DNA from: Octopus vulgaris
Taxonomy: Eukaryota
DNA: 64,000 nucleotides
NCBI GenBank assembly: GCA_951406725.2
Contig: OX597821.1
Span: 49,538,001 to 49,602,000, forward strand
Direction of reading: 5' to 3'
Shown here: positions 1 to 12,423 of the stretch, in pieces
Layout: each line of letters begins with the position of its first letter
How positions within the stretch are numbered: position 1 is the stretch's first letter
Program-made: the position numbers and the translations under genes
Notes under the pieces: generated by a model
Told to the model about the DNA's origin: nothing
The model's database searches: none
What the model saw: the letters and a program-made list of their open reading frames with translations, nothing else

Positions 1-947
1 ACTGTCTATGAGAAAACCAGCACCATGATGCAATTCACTCTGCCAGAAACTTGGAAACATGATGTACTGCTTGGCATTCATGCTGGAAGCTCCAATATGA
101 ACATTTCAGAGTGTTTGGGTGTCAATCTGAGAACAGTGTAATTTGAGGAGATGTACCAAGAGAGATAAAAATCAAACATCCAGTCAACATCAAGGTGTTT
201 GGAGTGATCACTAGTGATGGTAACGTTATGCTTCCATTCATCTTCCCACACAGCCTCACACTCAACATGGAGGCTTACATCAAGTGCCTAGAGGAGGTAG
301 TGCTGCCATGGGTCAAGAGGGTGGCTGCTGGAAGACCTTATATCAGGATTCTGCATCATGCCACACATGCAGGAGAATCCAGTCATGGCTGTCAGACAAT
401 TTCTGCAACCACATCACCCCTAACATGTGGCCACCTAACTCCCCATATTGCAACCTTCTTGATTATTGTGTGAGGCACAGTTGAGAAAGAGTCTCCCTGT
501 AACACCCTATAACACCAAAGATGAACTGAAGACAAGGATTATGGCAACATTCACCAACTTAAACAAGAAGACTCTCCAGAAGAGTTGCAGGAGATTCCAA
601 AGTTGTCAGGAGGCTGTGGTTGAAGCCAATGGCGATTTTATTGAATAAATTTATTTTCTAGTATTTCACGATATTTTTCTGATGTTTTGCAAACATCTTG
701 CACATGCAAGTGCTACCAGACGAGAGCTCAACATATTGGAAGCCAGCAAGTGTATGTGGTCATCAGGAGAGAATGTGTGCCATTTCAGAGCCTACCTCTC
801 AACAGCATTAATGCGCACTGGCCTCCCTCACTGATATGAGGCCCCACTTGCTAGATCAACTTGATCAACTGGTTATCAAATAAGGCTCAATAGTCTTCTG
901 TTTTCATTTTTGCGTAATTTAGACAACAGTTTATTCACTGTACCCTG
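1..947 (+). mobile_element. Decayed DD37D (maT-like) Tc1/mariner transposon, internally deleted; left end lies outside the window
   Basis: Frameshifted translation VFGVITSDGNVMLPFIF...QDSASCH...WPPNSPYCNLLDY with 37 residues between D and D. The right end ...ttattcactgtaccctg|TA mirrors the left TIR of the paralog at 56178. Confidence 0.85.
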
Positions 948-1047
948 TATATATATATGTATATATACTTCCTCCTAACACAACAGGTTAAAGATTTCAG
1001 TAAGTGTATGTGAGTAGCTTTTGGGGTATATCTGTGTGTGTTTATTG

Positions 1048-2195
1048 CAGTGGTTCTCAAACTTTTCAAAAAATTTTACAAGCCAGTTCCTTTACAGTTT
1101 GTCAATGATTCACAGTCTCCTATAAAATGCAGGATAATTAACTTGGAAAAAATGACACATTCTTGTACCATAATTTCTGGACTATGAACTGCACTGCCCA
1201 TAGACCCACAACCCTGAAAACTACAACTTGATCCACGTAACACTCCACAGGGATACAATAAATATGCATGAAAATATGGGGAATCAGTTGATCAATTGGT
1301 TACAAAACAAATTAGAAATGAAAACAGTCCAAAAATATCTCAAGCATCCTGTATTAACAATTGTGTAAGACACATTTATGCCCATTTAGCAACCAGAAAC
1401 CATGTGTCATACACCAGAAACTACAGTAGATATATGTACATAACAATGGTTCTTGAGCCTTTGGTATCACCTTCCACATTCTCCATATTTTGGGATGCTA
1501 TTCCTCCCCACTGGCAGATCATTCCTCATATTCATTATCCGAGAGGTGCATTTCAATCAATTTAGCTATTTTCAGGAGAAGAATTGCAATAGCATCCAAA
1601 AATTGTACAGAAGTTTCTACCAATTGGACCACAATTTTAGTAGAACTGTCTTCTGCTCCTTCCCTGAATGTTTGCCATTCCTTTTCCTGAATCCCTGATA
1701 CATAACATGATAACAAAAAAAATTATATAATAAATTATTTATTTACAAATGCAGATCATCCTTTATTTTATTCAGAGCAACGTTCAGTGTGATGGATGCC
1801 CCTGCTTTGCAGTAACCAACTCTTTTATGTTTGGCTGTTTTGGAGAGGGCAACCCTCATTTCTAGTATGACATCCCGTCAATTTTGTTAATTCATTTTGA
1901 TGGCAAGGCGAGTGGAAAATGTGGTCTCACACTCAGAGGTGGTTGGAAATGGCATCAATACTCTAAGAGCTATCTTTGCAACATTAGGATATGACTGTGC
2001 CATTTCAATCCAAAAGTCAAAACAACACATTCCATGGAAAAAGCATTTTGCACCCCCATCATTGACCAAATTAATGAACTGAGCTTGAAATAAATTGTTT
2101 CCAGATCGCTAAATAAAATTGTCTTGCAGATTACTAACAGAGAGTACAAAGGGATTCCTGATAAAATGGCAGTGTTTGTCAGAGTCATGAAGATC
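1048..2195 (-). mobile_element. hAT (Charlie/Buster-type) transposon 3' remnant
   Basis: TIR-like CAGTGGTTCTCAAACT at 1048. Minus ORF 1887-2069 (FWIEMAQSYPNVAKIALRVLMPFPTTSECETTFS) is the hAT C-terminal dimerisation motif. Confidence 0.8.
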
Positions 2196-2547
2196 AGGAA
2201 AATAAAATAAAATAAAAGTGTTGACGTGTTATTTCATGAGTTCGACAATATCATCACCAAAGCTTGTTTTCATCAATAAACTTGTCCCAACTTTTGAAAC
2301 ATGGAGTATATAAAACAGGGAACAACTGATGAAGGGATTGTTCTTTATGTTGCCTGTCTCGTTTCTCTATTTGTTTCTTTTGTTGTCCGAAAAAAGTTCA
2401 TTTACCATGTTTTTGTTTTTGTATGTTCTCGGTTTTCATTTTGTTCACTTTTTTTGACATCCTGTACCCATATATGCATGTATATATACATATATATGTA
2501 GGTATGTACATATATGTACATATATACATATATATATGTATGTTTGT

Positions 2548-2980
2548 GTGGCTGTGTGGTAAGAAGTTTGCTTACTAACCACATGGTTCCAGGTTCAGTC
2601 CCACTGCATGGCACCTGGGACAAGTGTCTTCTGCTCTAGCTCCAGGTTGACCAAAGCCTTGCAAGTAGATGAGGTAGATAGAAACTGAAAGAAGCCTATC
2701 GTATGTGGTGTATGGGGGTGTATATATACATGCATGTATATGTGTGTGTTGGTGCACATGTGTGTCTTTGTAACAATGTTTGATACCCACCACTAGTTGA
2801 CAGCAGGTGTTGGTATGTTTACATCCCTATAACTAAACAGTTCAGCAAAAGAAAGCAATAAAATAAGTACCAGGCTTAAGAGAAAGAGAGGTACTGGGGT
2901 CGATTCATTTGACTAAAATTCTTAACGGTGGTGCCCAAGCATAGCCGCAGATTCATGACTGAAACAAGTAAAAGATAAAA
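2548..2980 (+). mobile_element. tRNA-derived SINE, family A (GTGGCTGTGTGGTAAG head, internal TA/TG microsatellite, AAACAAGTAAAAGA tail)
   Basis: A-box/B-box-like head (TGGCTGTGTGG...GGTTCAGTCCC). Colinear with copies at 37269, 49281, 4843 and 25825. Confidence 0.8.
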
Positions 2981-3303
2981 CATACACATATTTATGCACA
3001 CACACACACACAGTATGTAGATAGGGTTATAATGCAATATGTATCCTGTTGAAGTACATCTGCAGATTCCAGTTCTTCAAAACTGTATGTAGATGTTGTA
3101 TTTATGAGGTGTGCATATAAAAGTTGAAAAAGACAGGAAAATAGTCTTTGTAGAGTAGTTACATATCAAAACAGGAGATTAGAAGAAAATCTTTGGTGAA
3201 TAAATAATACTGAAAATTTTTTTTCAATTTCCTGTTTTATTGTATATATAAATGTGGCTGATGCTGGTGTCATGTAACTGGCATACATGCCGGTGGTATG
3301 TAA

Positions 3304-3537
3304 AAGGCGGCGAGCTGGCAGAAACGTTAGCACGCCGGGCGAAATGCTTAGCGGTATTTCGTCTGCGTTACGTTGTGAGTTCAAATTCCGCCGAGGTCGA
3401 CTTTGCCTTTCATCCTTTCGGGGTCGATAAATTAAGTACCAGTTACACACTGGGGTCGATGTAATCGACTTAATACCTATGTCTGTCCTTGTTTGTCCCC
3501 TCTGTGTTTAGCCCCTTGTGGGTAATAAAGAAATAGG
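3304..3537 (+). mobile_element. tRNA-derived SINE, family B (GGCGGCGAGCTGGCAGAA head), inserted into an RTE 3' tail remnant (~3250-3702)
   Basis: B-box GAGTTCAAATTCC and central GCCTTTCATCCTTTCGGGGTCGATAAA. Flanking direct repeat GGTATGTAAAAG at 3295-3306 and 3536-3547. The host RTE tail resumes and ends in (GAT)n. Confidence 0.85.
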
Positions 3538-4842
3538 TATGTAAAAGCACTAATTACATTCTCATAGTAGTTATCATTAGGAAGGGCATCCAGTTGTAGA
3601 AACCTTGCCAAATCAGACTGGATCTGGTGCAGCTTCCCAGCCCCAGTCAAACCATCCAACCCATGCCAGCATGGACAACAGATGTTAAATGATGATGATG
3701 ATATATACATATACACGCATGCATGCATGCATTCATTCATACAGACAGACAGACAGACATACACACACACACATACATACATACATACATACATATGTCT
3801 GTATGTGTATGTATATGGCGTGATGTGGAGGAAAAGTGGGGAGAAATATAAATGTGAAGAAAGTAAGGGAGTAAAATAGGAGTGAAGATCAAGATGTAGA
3901 TGGTAGAAGTGGTATATAATAGTGTTTGACTAACAGCAGCCACAGCAATAGTTTAGGTCCAAGGTGGTCATTATTCATCTCATACATTCCAGTAGTGACT
4001 ATTTCATTGTTTTGTATATTTAAGACAACATAAAACAATGAGACCTTGTTTGATGGCAGTAGTGAGGGAGGGATTTGAAGGAGATTTGGTTACTATATCT
4101 AAAAGGTCAAGTGACTACATACCAGTTTCTTCACTGTCTTGTGAAGAGTAAGACTGTATTTGAGTAGGAACAAAGTGAGAGAGAGCAAGATAAACAGAAA
4201 ACAGTATTTTGATGCTAGAGATAGAAGCAGTAATAGTAGCAGCATTAGAAACAGCAGCAGTTGTTGGGGTACTGCAGTTGTAGAAAGTGGATGTAATAGG
4301 AGGATGTGTGAAGAGGTGAGGTGGTATTTACTGTAACAGAACTGCATCAGTAGCATGTGACTCTGTTCACTGGCAGCTAGATGATCTAATTGAGATTTTA
4401 GCATAACATCTATTTATCAATCAATCTGTCTGTATATGTGTGAGTGTGTGTGCATAACTACACACACACACACACACACAAATATTAAAATAACGTACAA
4501 ATGATTAACTACAGGATTGTACTTATGCTAGAAATAGCAGCTATTTACAATGATACTACCACTATTAAGAAAGAAAGTGCACATTGAATAATGTTCCTAT
4601 ATATACAAAGCAGATGGGAGGGTCATGGCAGGAACTCCTTTGTTCATAGATTTGTTCAATCAGAACAGACTGAGAGATAAATCTTTAATAATATATACAT
4701 CTATACACATGTATACATGAAGCTTTATAAATTGGTCATGCGAATATATGCAGAAGCAATATAAAACATGTAGAAATTTGTGCATTAGGTTTATTTGGGC
4801 ATGTGTCTAAGTGTGTATTACAATCATAATGAACACATTTTT

Positions 4843-5232
4843 ACTCTTTTACTTGTTTCAGTCATTTGATTGCGGCCATGCTGGAGCACTGCCTTTGGTA
4901 GAGCAAGCCAACCCCAGAGCTTATTCTTTGTAAGCCTAGTACTTATTCTATTGGTCTTTTACCGAACTGCTAAGTTACGGGGACATAAACACACTAGCAT
5001 CGGTTGTCAAGCGATGTTGGAGGGACAAACAGACACACAAACATATAAATATATAAATATATATATACATATACAACAGGCACCTTTCAGTTTCCATCTA
5101 CCAAATCTACTCACAAGGCTTTAGTTGGCCCAAAGCTATAGTAGAAAACACTTGCCCAAGGTACCACGCAGTGGGACTGAACCCGAGACCATGCGGTTGG
5201 TAAGCAAGCTACTTAGCACACAGCCACTCCTA
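4843..5232 (-). mobile_element. SINE family A copy
   Basis: Reverse complement of 37269-37682 from head to tail. Confidence 0.8.
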
Positions 5233-6059
5233 AGTATAATGTGTATGGATGAGTGTTTAAAAAACTCACTTCCCAACCATGTGGTTCTAAAATGAAGACT
5301 TGCAGCATGGCACCTTGGGCAAGTTTTTATCGCTGTAGCCCAAGGCCCCCCAAAGATTATAGGATGGATTTGGGCAATGAAAACAAAAAGGAATAAATCA
5401 TATATACCTATATAAACACATACATGATGGACTCTCTTGTCAGTCATGACGTATGAGGATCTGACAACCTACATTTTCTTTGCCAGTCATAATGCTTATG
5501 TTGAATGTGACATTTGAGTCCTGTCAACAATTTGCAAAGAAGCCCATGGATGTTGCAAGTATGAGGATTAAATGTCAGTGCAGGTGGTATACACACATTA
5601 TACATGTAAATGTTGAACAATTAGAAAGAATGCTCAACATCGCACTTCAGATAAAATTTCTTTATTTGTGTATTGAGGCAACCATTGGTTTCATGTTAAG
5701 AAAACTATCTTAATAATTTTTCCAGCCAATCACATAAAGGGGTGTGGTTCATCTCCATTTTGGATGAAAACACAAAAGATCTCGGGAATTCACAAAAATG
5801 TCTCATAAAGAAATCAAGGTATGTTATTCTTGGATGACACCTTTTGAGTGATTATCTCCCTTGAGTTTGACTTTTAGGAAAAACAGACTGTGCATTATAT
5901 AATATATATATTATATTAAATTACATTATATTATATTACATTATATTCTGAGTATATGTGATGTTTGTATGTTTGTGTGCTGAGGGAGTTCATTGGTGGG
6001 TGGGAGCATGTATCATCCATGTGTGAAATTTGTGTTTAGTATATATTCAATGTTCTTGT

Positions 6060-6675
6060 TCAGGGAAAGAAATTATCCTTGTGGGATTGGCAGAGTGAGT
6101 GATGATTCCTCTTTGAGATGTTAGAGTGTAAAATATTGCTTGTGCATGCAGGGAGAGATGGTTTCATCCTTAATATTTTAGATGTTAACTGTTGACTGGA
6201 TGATATATAGTATTTCAGTGATACAAAGCTCATATATGGTACCCTGTCCCCTGTATTTTCTGGCTTTAGCAATAATGCTCCATGTTATTTGTGGGTTGCT
6301 TACACCTTCTTTCAATGTCCATATCATATTGGATAGGGATGTCACATTTTTGTCCCTGAATAACATCAGGTGTTGTATCTTTCCTTGAATGAGTTACCTG
6401 TCATTCTGATATACATCTTTGTTATTCCATTGGAATCCATGATTTTAGCCTTGTATATAAGTTCTTTTTCCAGACAGTTATTATTTAGTGGACAGCACTT
6501 TGGAGATCTGCAGTTACAATGTCTTTTGAGGGTATTCTTAGTGTGTTTATTTTTATTGTGGTTGAATATTATCGACTCTATGTTAGGGAACAACTATAGC
6601 TAACTTTAACAGTGTTTCTGTTGAAGATCTTATGGTATTTGTGTGAATGTGCAAAGTGGTTGCCTATTAATTTTA
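6060..6675 (-). mobile_element. Penelope-like element 3' part: Zn-linker plus GIY-YIG endonuclease (pseudogenised)
   Basis: Overlapping minus ORFs: HCNCRSPKCCPLNNNCL..LIYKA..MYIRMTGNSFKERY..TSLSNMIWTLKE..ITWSIIAKA..YELCITE. Confidence 0.8.
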
Positions 6676-7091
6676 TGCTAGCATGGAAAGCAGACATTAA
6701 ATGATGATGATGATGATGGTCAGGAATGGAGTGGAACCATGTGATGACATCCCCAATACAATTACAAAGTGTAAGTTTAACCTTACTCCTAACTAGAGAT
6801 AGGATTCAGTCAATTATGCATTTGCTAATTCAAGTCTAATTTAGTGGGAAAGATCAGTCTAATGGAAAGTTTGGTGGAGAAGTTGGGTTTATGGTCTTTC
6901 AGAGTGAAGTGGTTTCAGAGTGTAAGTTCAAATATTTTGAGCACTGTTTTCTATATTGAGAACCTCTGGATCTCATCTGCTGACCCCATATGTATATAAG
7001 CAGATATAATGATGATGATATGTATGCATGCAGATATATATATATATATATCATCATCATCATTGTTTAATGTCTGTTTTCCATGCTAGCA

Positions 7092-7134
<43 letters not shown>

Positions 7135-7368
7135 CACACACACATACATTTGCATATAACTATGTATGCATATAAGTATTTAGATACAATTATATATATG
7201 GGACGGCCTAGATGAGGTGTATCTATAACACACACCAACACACAAACAGGAATATCAGCCTCATGACAAAATAACTCTATAGATATATGAATAGATATCA
7301 TGTATCTTTGTATCAATGTGTCCCCATATTTATACATGTGTATGTGAGTTTATATGTGTGAGTATATA

Positions 7369-8217
7369 CAGAGGTTCAGGTTAAATTTGAAAATTTGATA
7401 GCTTGCATAAAAGCAAAGCAAAACACAACATCCCACCCAAAAATAAAAGTATTTTAAAAGAAAAATTTTAATATGAACTAGATAATGGTTGGGATATAGC
7501 AGTTTGCTCAAAGTAGCTTCCCTCAGCTTTCATCACAACCTCAAGACAGCTCCAGAACCTGGCACATGTGTTGCTCACTGTTTCTGAGAAGATCTTCAAA
7601 TATCTTCTTGATCTTGGCCTTGGTGATGCAGACAGAATGGTTGGTGTCTTTTGCAATCATGCTTTACACACAGAAATCCAGGGGGTTAAAATCAGGGGAA
7701 TAAGGAGGAATAAGGAGAATAAGGAGGCCAGAAATTAGAACTAGTGAAGTTATAGAAATTCTGACTCTAGCATCAACTCCTGCTGTCACACACATATGGC
7801 TTTCCAATAGTAACCATCTCTAACCTGGGTTTGAACACAGTCTCTAGCAACTTTACATAGCTGGCTGAATTGAGCTTAAGGCTCTGTTCAAAGATATGGG
7901 GTGGCATGACATCATCCTCACAGAAGACACACCTGGTTTGGAGGAACTTGGTTTTTATGATGTCTTGTCATGTCTTGCAGCCTTTACAGTGTTCACAGAT
8001 CATTGAGCAGCAGTTGTAATGTTGGTATTTTGATACCTAGTGCGAATCATCATGATACATGCAACTCTTTCCAATATATATAGATGGCTTCCAATCTTCA
8101 TATCAGTTAACTTTTTCTCAACTACAATCTTAATCTTTATGCTCTCCAATGCCATTGACAATTCACCAATACATCAAGATCCTGAAAAAAGGAGACAAAT
8201 TTATCCTGAACATCCTG
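7369..8217 (-). mobile_element. Non-autonomous maT-like Tc1/mariner derivative with both TIRs
   Basis: Left cagaggttcaggttaaatttg and right caaatttatcctgaacatcctg are imperfect TIRs. The interior minus strand gives ...PDFNPLDF...CARFWSCLEVVMKAEGSYFE. Confidence 0.75.
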
Positions 8218-8982
8218 TTTATAAATATCTGTATGATGACAAGCGTTATTGATGCCATAAATAGTATTTTATGGTGGAGCTGTATCAGTTCACAAGAGTT
8301 ATACTTCTGTTTGTATTTCATCTCCACCAAATGCAATCTTCCATTGTTTCTTCATGGAAGACGACAATCAGTTCAGGAAGATTAAAACCATAAAGTAAGA
8401 GGAACATAGTGCCTTAAACAAGTGTTAGAACATATACATATGCACATATAGACAGATATAGATACACAGACATACAAAAACACAGGTATACATATAGATA
8501 TATTTGAACACGTACACTCAGGGCGTGTATCTAAAAAAGACACGCTCACACAAACTCACCCCCACAATCTCCTGCCATTTGTAGAAACATACACAAACAC
8601 ACATAGGATAAGAGATCAGATATTAAATGTCATCATGGCAACTCATTTAATATAACAGAATGCAAAATATTTTCCAAATCTAGTGAATGAATTTATAAAT
8701 AGTTGAAGCAGTGGATCATGCTTTTATTAGTGAGGAATGGTTTGTTTTTACATGGCAATTAATGGTTCATTGTTTCAATGAAGAATATTTAACAATATAG
8801 CACCAGGTCATCATCTAGATGATAATCTGGGGCTATATATCATCTGGATGGCACCACTGAAAGACATTAGAATACAGTGGTAGATTATTGAACAAATTAG
8901 TGCCATACCTTATCAAATGGTTTAGTGAATGGATGACATATTGTTGCAGTGCAGCTGACCTTGAAAGGTTAACACACAATCA

Positions 8983-9170
8983 TCGTCGTCATCATCATTT
9001 AACGTCCATGTTCCATGCTGGCATGGACCAGATGGTTCAACAGCATCCAATGGATCTCATGACTGCATTGTGCTCCAGTGTCTGCTTTGGAATGGTTTCT
9101 ATGGCTGGATGTCCTTCCTAATGCCAACTATTTTACAGTGTGTACTGGGTGTTTTTCTTGTGTTACTGGT
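8983..9170 (-). mobile_element. RTE LINE 3' tail fragment
   Basis: (CAT)n-TTAACGTCC...CCATGCTGGCATGG...GGATGTCCTTCCTAATGCCAAC is the reverse complement of the tail at 14935-15097. Confidence 0.7.
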
Positions 9171-9829
9171 ACTAGTAAGGTTGTGTCCCAGAGGTGAGAG
9201 CCTTTGTGCTAGCAGATGAAGGTTAAGGTATGAAAGAAGTGGGTGGGGCACCGGAGGTTCTGATTGTAGGGGAGTTTAAATACAGAAAAGATGAAGGAAG
9301 AACAGGAAAAACATCAGGAATAAAGGTAAAAGGGTGGATGGTTACAGATGTTGAGATGGAAACCAAATTACCTCATGGGTGTGAAGGCTTGAGGTGAAAA
9401 TGAAGGTGGCTGCATAGCGACACAACATTAGATTCTAATCTAGTTGAAATGACTGACACAGGTGATTCACCAAAAAGGGGTCTACATAAGAAAATCTGTT
9501 TGTTTGATTGCCAGTCCACAACAGCATCAAGAGTACTTTTAAATTTTCCCTACCGACTAATCATTTCCCAGGCCCTAAACACCCTTGAAAGCAAGGGAAC
9601 TTGCCGCAAATTTCATATCCTGATAAATTATTTTTCCTCTCTGTAGGGATTTTTAATTACATTTAAGAATAGAAATGTTTTGGTATGTTAATGCATGTTT
9701 GTTAAGAATGTATGACGAAGTATGTATAAATGTATTGTCCTAACACTCTCTCTACAGAACAAATGAAGAAACTGCATGAGAAACCAGATTCCCGTACAAA
9801 TATTATGCCAAGGTGGAGAAGAATTGAAG

Positions 9830-11355
9830 AAAATGACGTTGGGAAGGGGAGCATTTACTGTTGGTAAAGAGATATTGGATGCAGTTACATCTTTTGAAAA
9901 AGCTAATTGTTCTCATATCTTGAGTACAGCCAAGCATTTGAACATTCTACTATTACAAAATTATCTTCAACATGAGCATGAAGAGAAGCAAAAGAAAGTG
10001 GGGACTGGTCAGAAAGTCAAAACTCCAAACATCAGCAAAAGAATTGCGAAGATGCTATGATGAGAAGATGCTATGATGTGAAGAACATATGGAAAGAATA
10101 CATACAAGAAAATACAGTAAACACAAAAGTTGACGCAGGAAATTGAAATGCAAAACCAGGAGTAATTCCCAGTTACTGATATGTTACCACTGGATTGCAA
10201 GAATTTGTTAGAGAAAGAAGAGTAACAAGGACATGAACTGTGGTGAAGGACGTGCTGGATTTTTTTTGTAAGCAAGGGTTTCATGACTTCGGATCGTTTG
10301 AACAAAACAACAAAGAATGATGAGTTCAAAGATTTCTTGTGTGCAAGGGATACAAATGAGGAAGGAGAAAAAGTAAAATCTACCACCTGAAGAAACACAT
10401 TTTGCTCATGCATGACTAATATGCCAAGTGAATGATGAAAGTAAATGAAAAGAAAAGTCAGAGGATTATTCATATAGATGAAAGCTACATTCACAAGAAC
10501 TACTGTCGACACAAGAAATCATTATACAACCCAAATGGTGAGCAAGACCTTACAACTATTGCATGCCACAAAGGACAATGATATTATTTCATTGCTGAAA
10601 TTACAGATGCCGATCATAGTATCAAGGATTGGATGAACAACGGGCTTGATTACTGATGGATATGCATGATATCTTTGAAAGGGAAAAGAAACAACTGAAG
10701 GATTACCATGACATGTTTGATCATGAATACTTTGTCAAATGGATGAGACAGCTATTACAGTTTTTGAAAGGGAGAAATATATCCAATGCTCTTATTGTGA
10801 TGGACAATGCCAAGTACCATAAAAAGTTACCTGAAAATATACTGAGAAAGAATGACATGAAAACATTACAAGAAGTGTATACAAAATATTTAATTGGTCT
10901 TAATAGTAGTGACACGAAGGCTATGTTATGGGATAAACTGCATCCATGTATCCAAGATAATTTAATTCCTGTCATTGCAAGAATGGCTCAAAATGAAAGA
11001 TATGAAGTAATATATTCACCACCGCATTACTTGGATTTGCAACCAACTGACACTACTGTTCAAGGATGCATTGATAAAGCAAATAGGAATCTGAGAAGAC
11101 TATGAGAACACATCAAGTCTATGGAAGATGCTGATGGGGAAAATGGAAATGATTCAGATGAGGATATGGGTTCTAGTGGCTTCTCTGATGACAAGGAAAG
11201 CATTACTGAGGACTCTGATAATGATGATTAAAAGTAAAGCCAAACTTTCTTTTCTTTTACCTTATATTTCTAGCAAATGGTCAAAATGTTGTAGCAATAC
11301 ATTATCATACCTTTGCCAGAATTGTGCTCTCAAAAACCCCTCGGTTTTAGCTGTA
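9830..11355 (+). mobile_element. Decayed IS630-Tc1-mariner transposase with long D-to-E spacer (Sailor/DD82E-like)
   Basis: IDESYIHKNYCRH (~10477), DYHDMFDHEYFVKWM, IVMDNAKYH (D at 10803), YSPPHYLDLQPT[D] (11049), giving 81 residues between the 2nd and 3rd catalytic positions. Acidic tail follows. Possible right end ...ttttagctg|TA at ~11355. Confidence 0.75.
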
Positions 11356-11879
11356 CCATGCAACATCAGAGCTTGTGCTAAAGTTTTTAACAAGTTTCAT
11401 AAGCACCCTTGATGTTGTCACAGACTGTGAAAACATGTTTCAATAGTGTAAATAATTATCTGCTACTAACCGACAACACCCAACCCTTCTATCTGTGGTA
11501 TCAAATGCAATGAACTGATGTCACTGAATACACTTTACTCTAGCTTACAGGCATAGTGGCAACAGCTATCTGCCAAAATCCTGTTTGAGCACATAGGTCT
11601 AAGAAAAAAGGAAAGGACTGATGTCACTATTGCAGTAATAATACCACATAACCTGAGTTGATCAAAGATCTAACATCAAGAAGCCATCTTGAATTTCTTT
11701 CACATCTCAACTTTTTTCTAGATATCTGATGAAATAGGTTTGTCCCATGACTCCACAAAGCTTTATATGATATGGAGTTGAATGAAGCTGTTATTAAATA
11801 ACATACATACACACAAACATATATATATACACACACATACACATATACAAGCATACGTATATAAAACATAAATAAACAA

Positions 11880-12420
11880 CCTAGAAGTACAGCATCTGTT
11901 CTTTGGGGAAAGTTACAAACATTTTGGACAGGTGACTCTCAGCTATGATGGTCTCATCAATAAGAAGAAGAAATAAATGACTACCTCAAGAAAGTAAAAG
12001 CAATATGGTCATTTGAACTCTCAGCTTACAACAAGCATATTAGCTCCAATACCTTTACAGTGCCTGTCTTCATGCCTATGTTTGGCCTTCTGAACTAAAT
12101 GGGACAGATATTTGAACTCGCAAGCTACTCAGTGTTACAGGAAACTTCAACATCAATGGAGCTGTAGACATGTTATACTTCCCAAGCAAGGATTGGTGAC
12201 TGTGGTCGCAGATTGGTACTGATGTCATGTGAAGCACATATTGAAACATTAAGACAGCAACCACAGCAGAAGAAAGAGACCAGTAACAATCTTGCACAAG
12301 TTTGCGACCATGAAATCAACAACATAATTAGGATAGCTAATGAATTTAAGGAGAAGCATGAAATAAGACACGATACAGATCTCTCCCCAAGTAACATTAG
12401 AAAAATATATTTATCAAAAG
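11880..12420 (+). mobile_element. Degenerate non-LTR RT C-terminal fragment, R4/Dong-like (RLE group)
   Basis: Frameshifted motifs YKHFGQ..YDGLINK..IWSFELSAYNKHI..NTFTVPV..RKLL..GNFNINGAVDMLYFP. Confidence 0.55.
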
Positions 12421-12423
12421 CAC

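Noticed and set aside
1519-1716. Minus-strand exon-like ORF (GIQEKEWQTFREG...) after a plausible acceptor
   Set aside because: It lies between the hAT transposase end and its TIR and has no recognisable homology or partner exons.
2300-2470. CTGATGA at 2326 as a hammerhead ribozyme
   Set aside because: No stem II-GAAA follows; at most a decayed terminal-repeat remnant.
9400-11600. Fanzor/TnpB cargo in the IS630-like element
   Set aside because: No second ORF with RuvC or zinc-ribbon motifs is visible on either strand.
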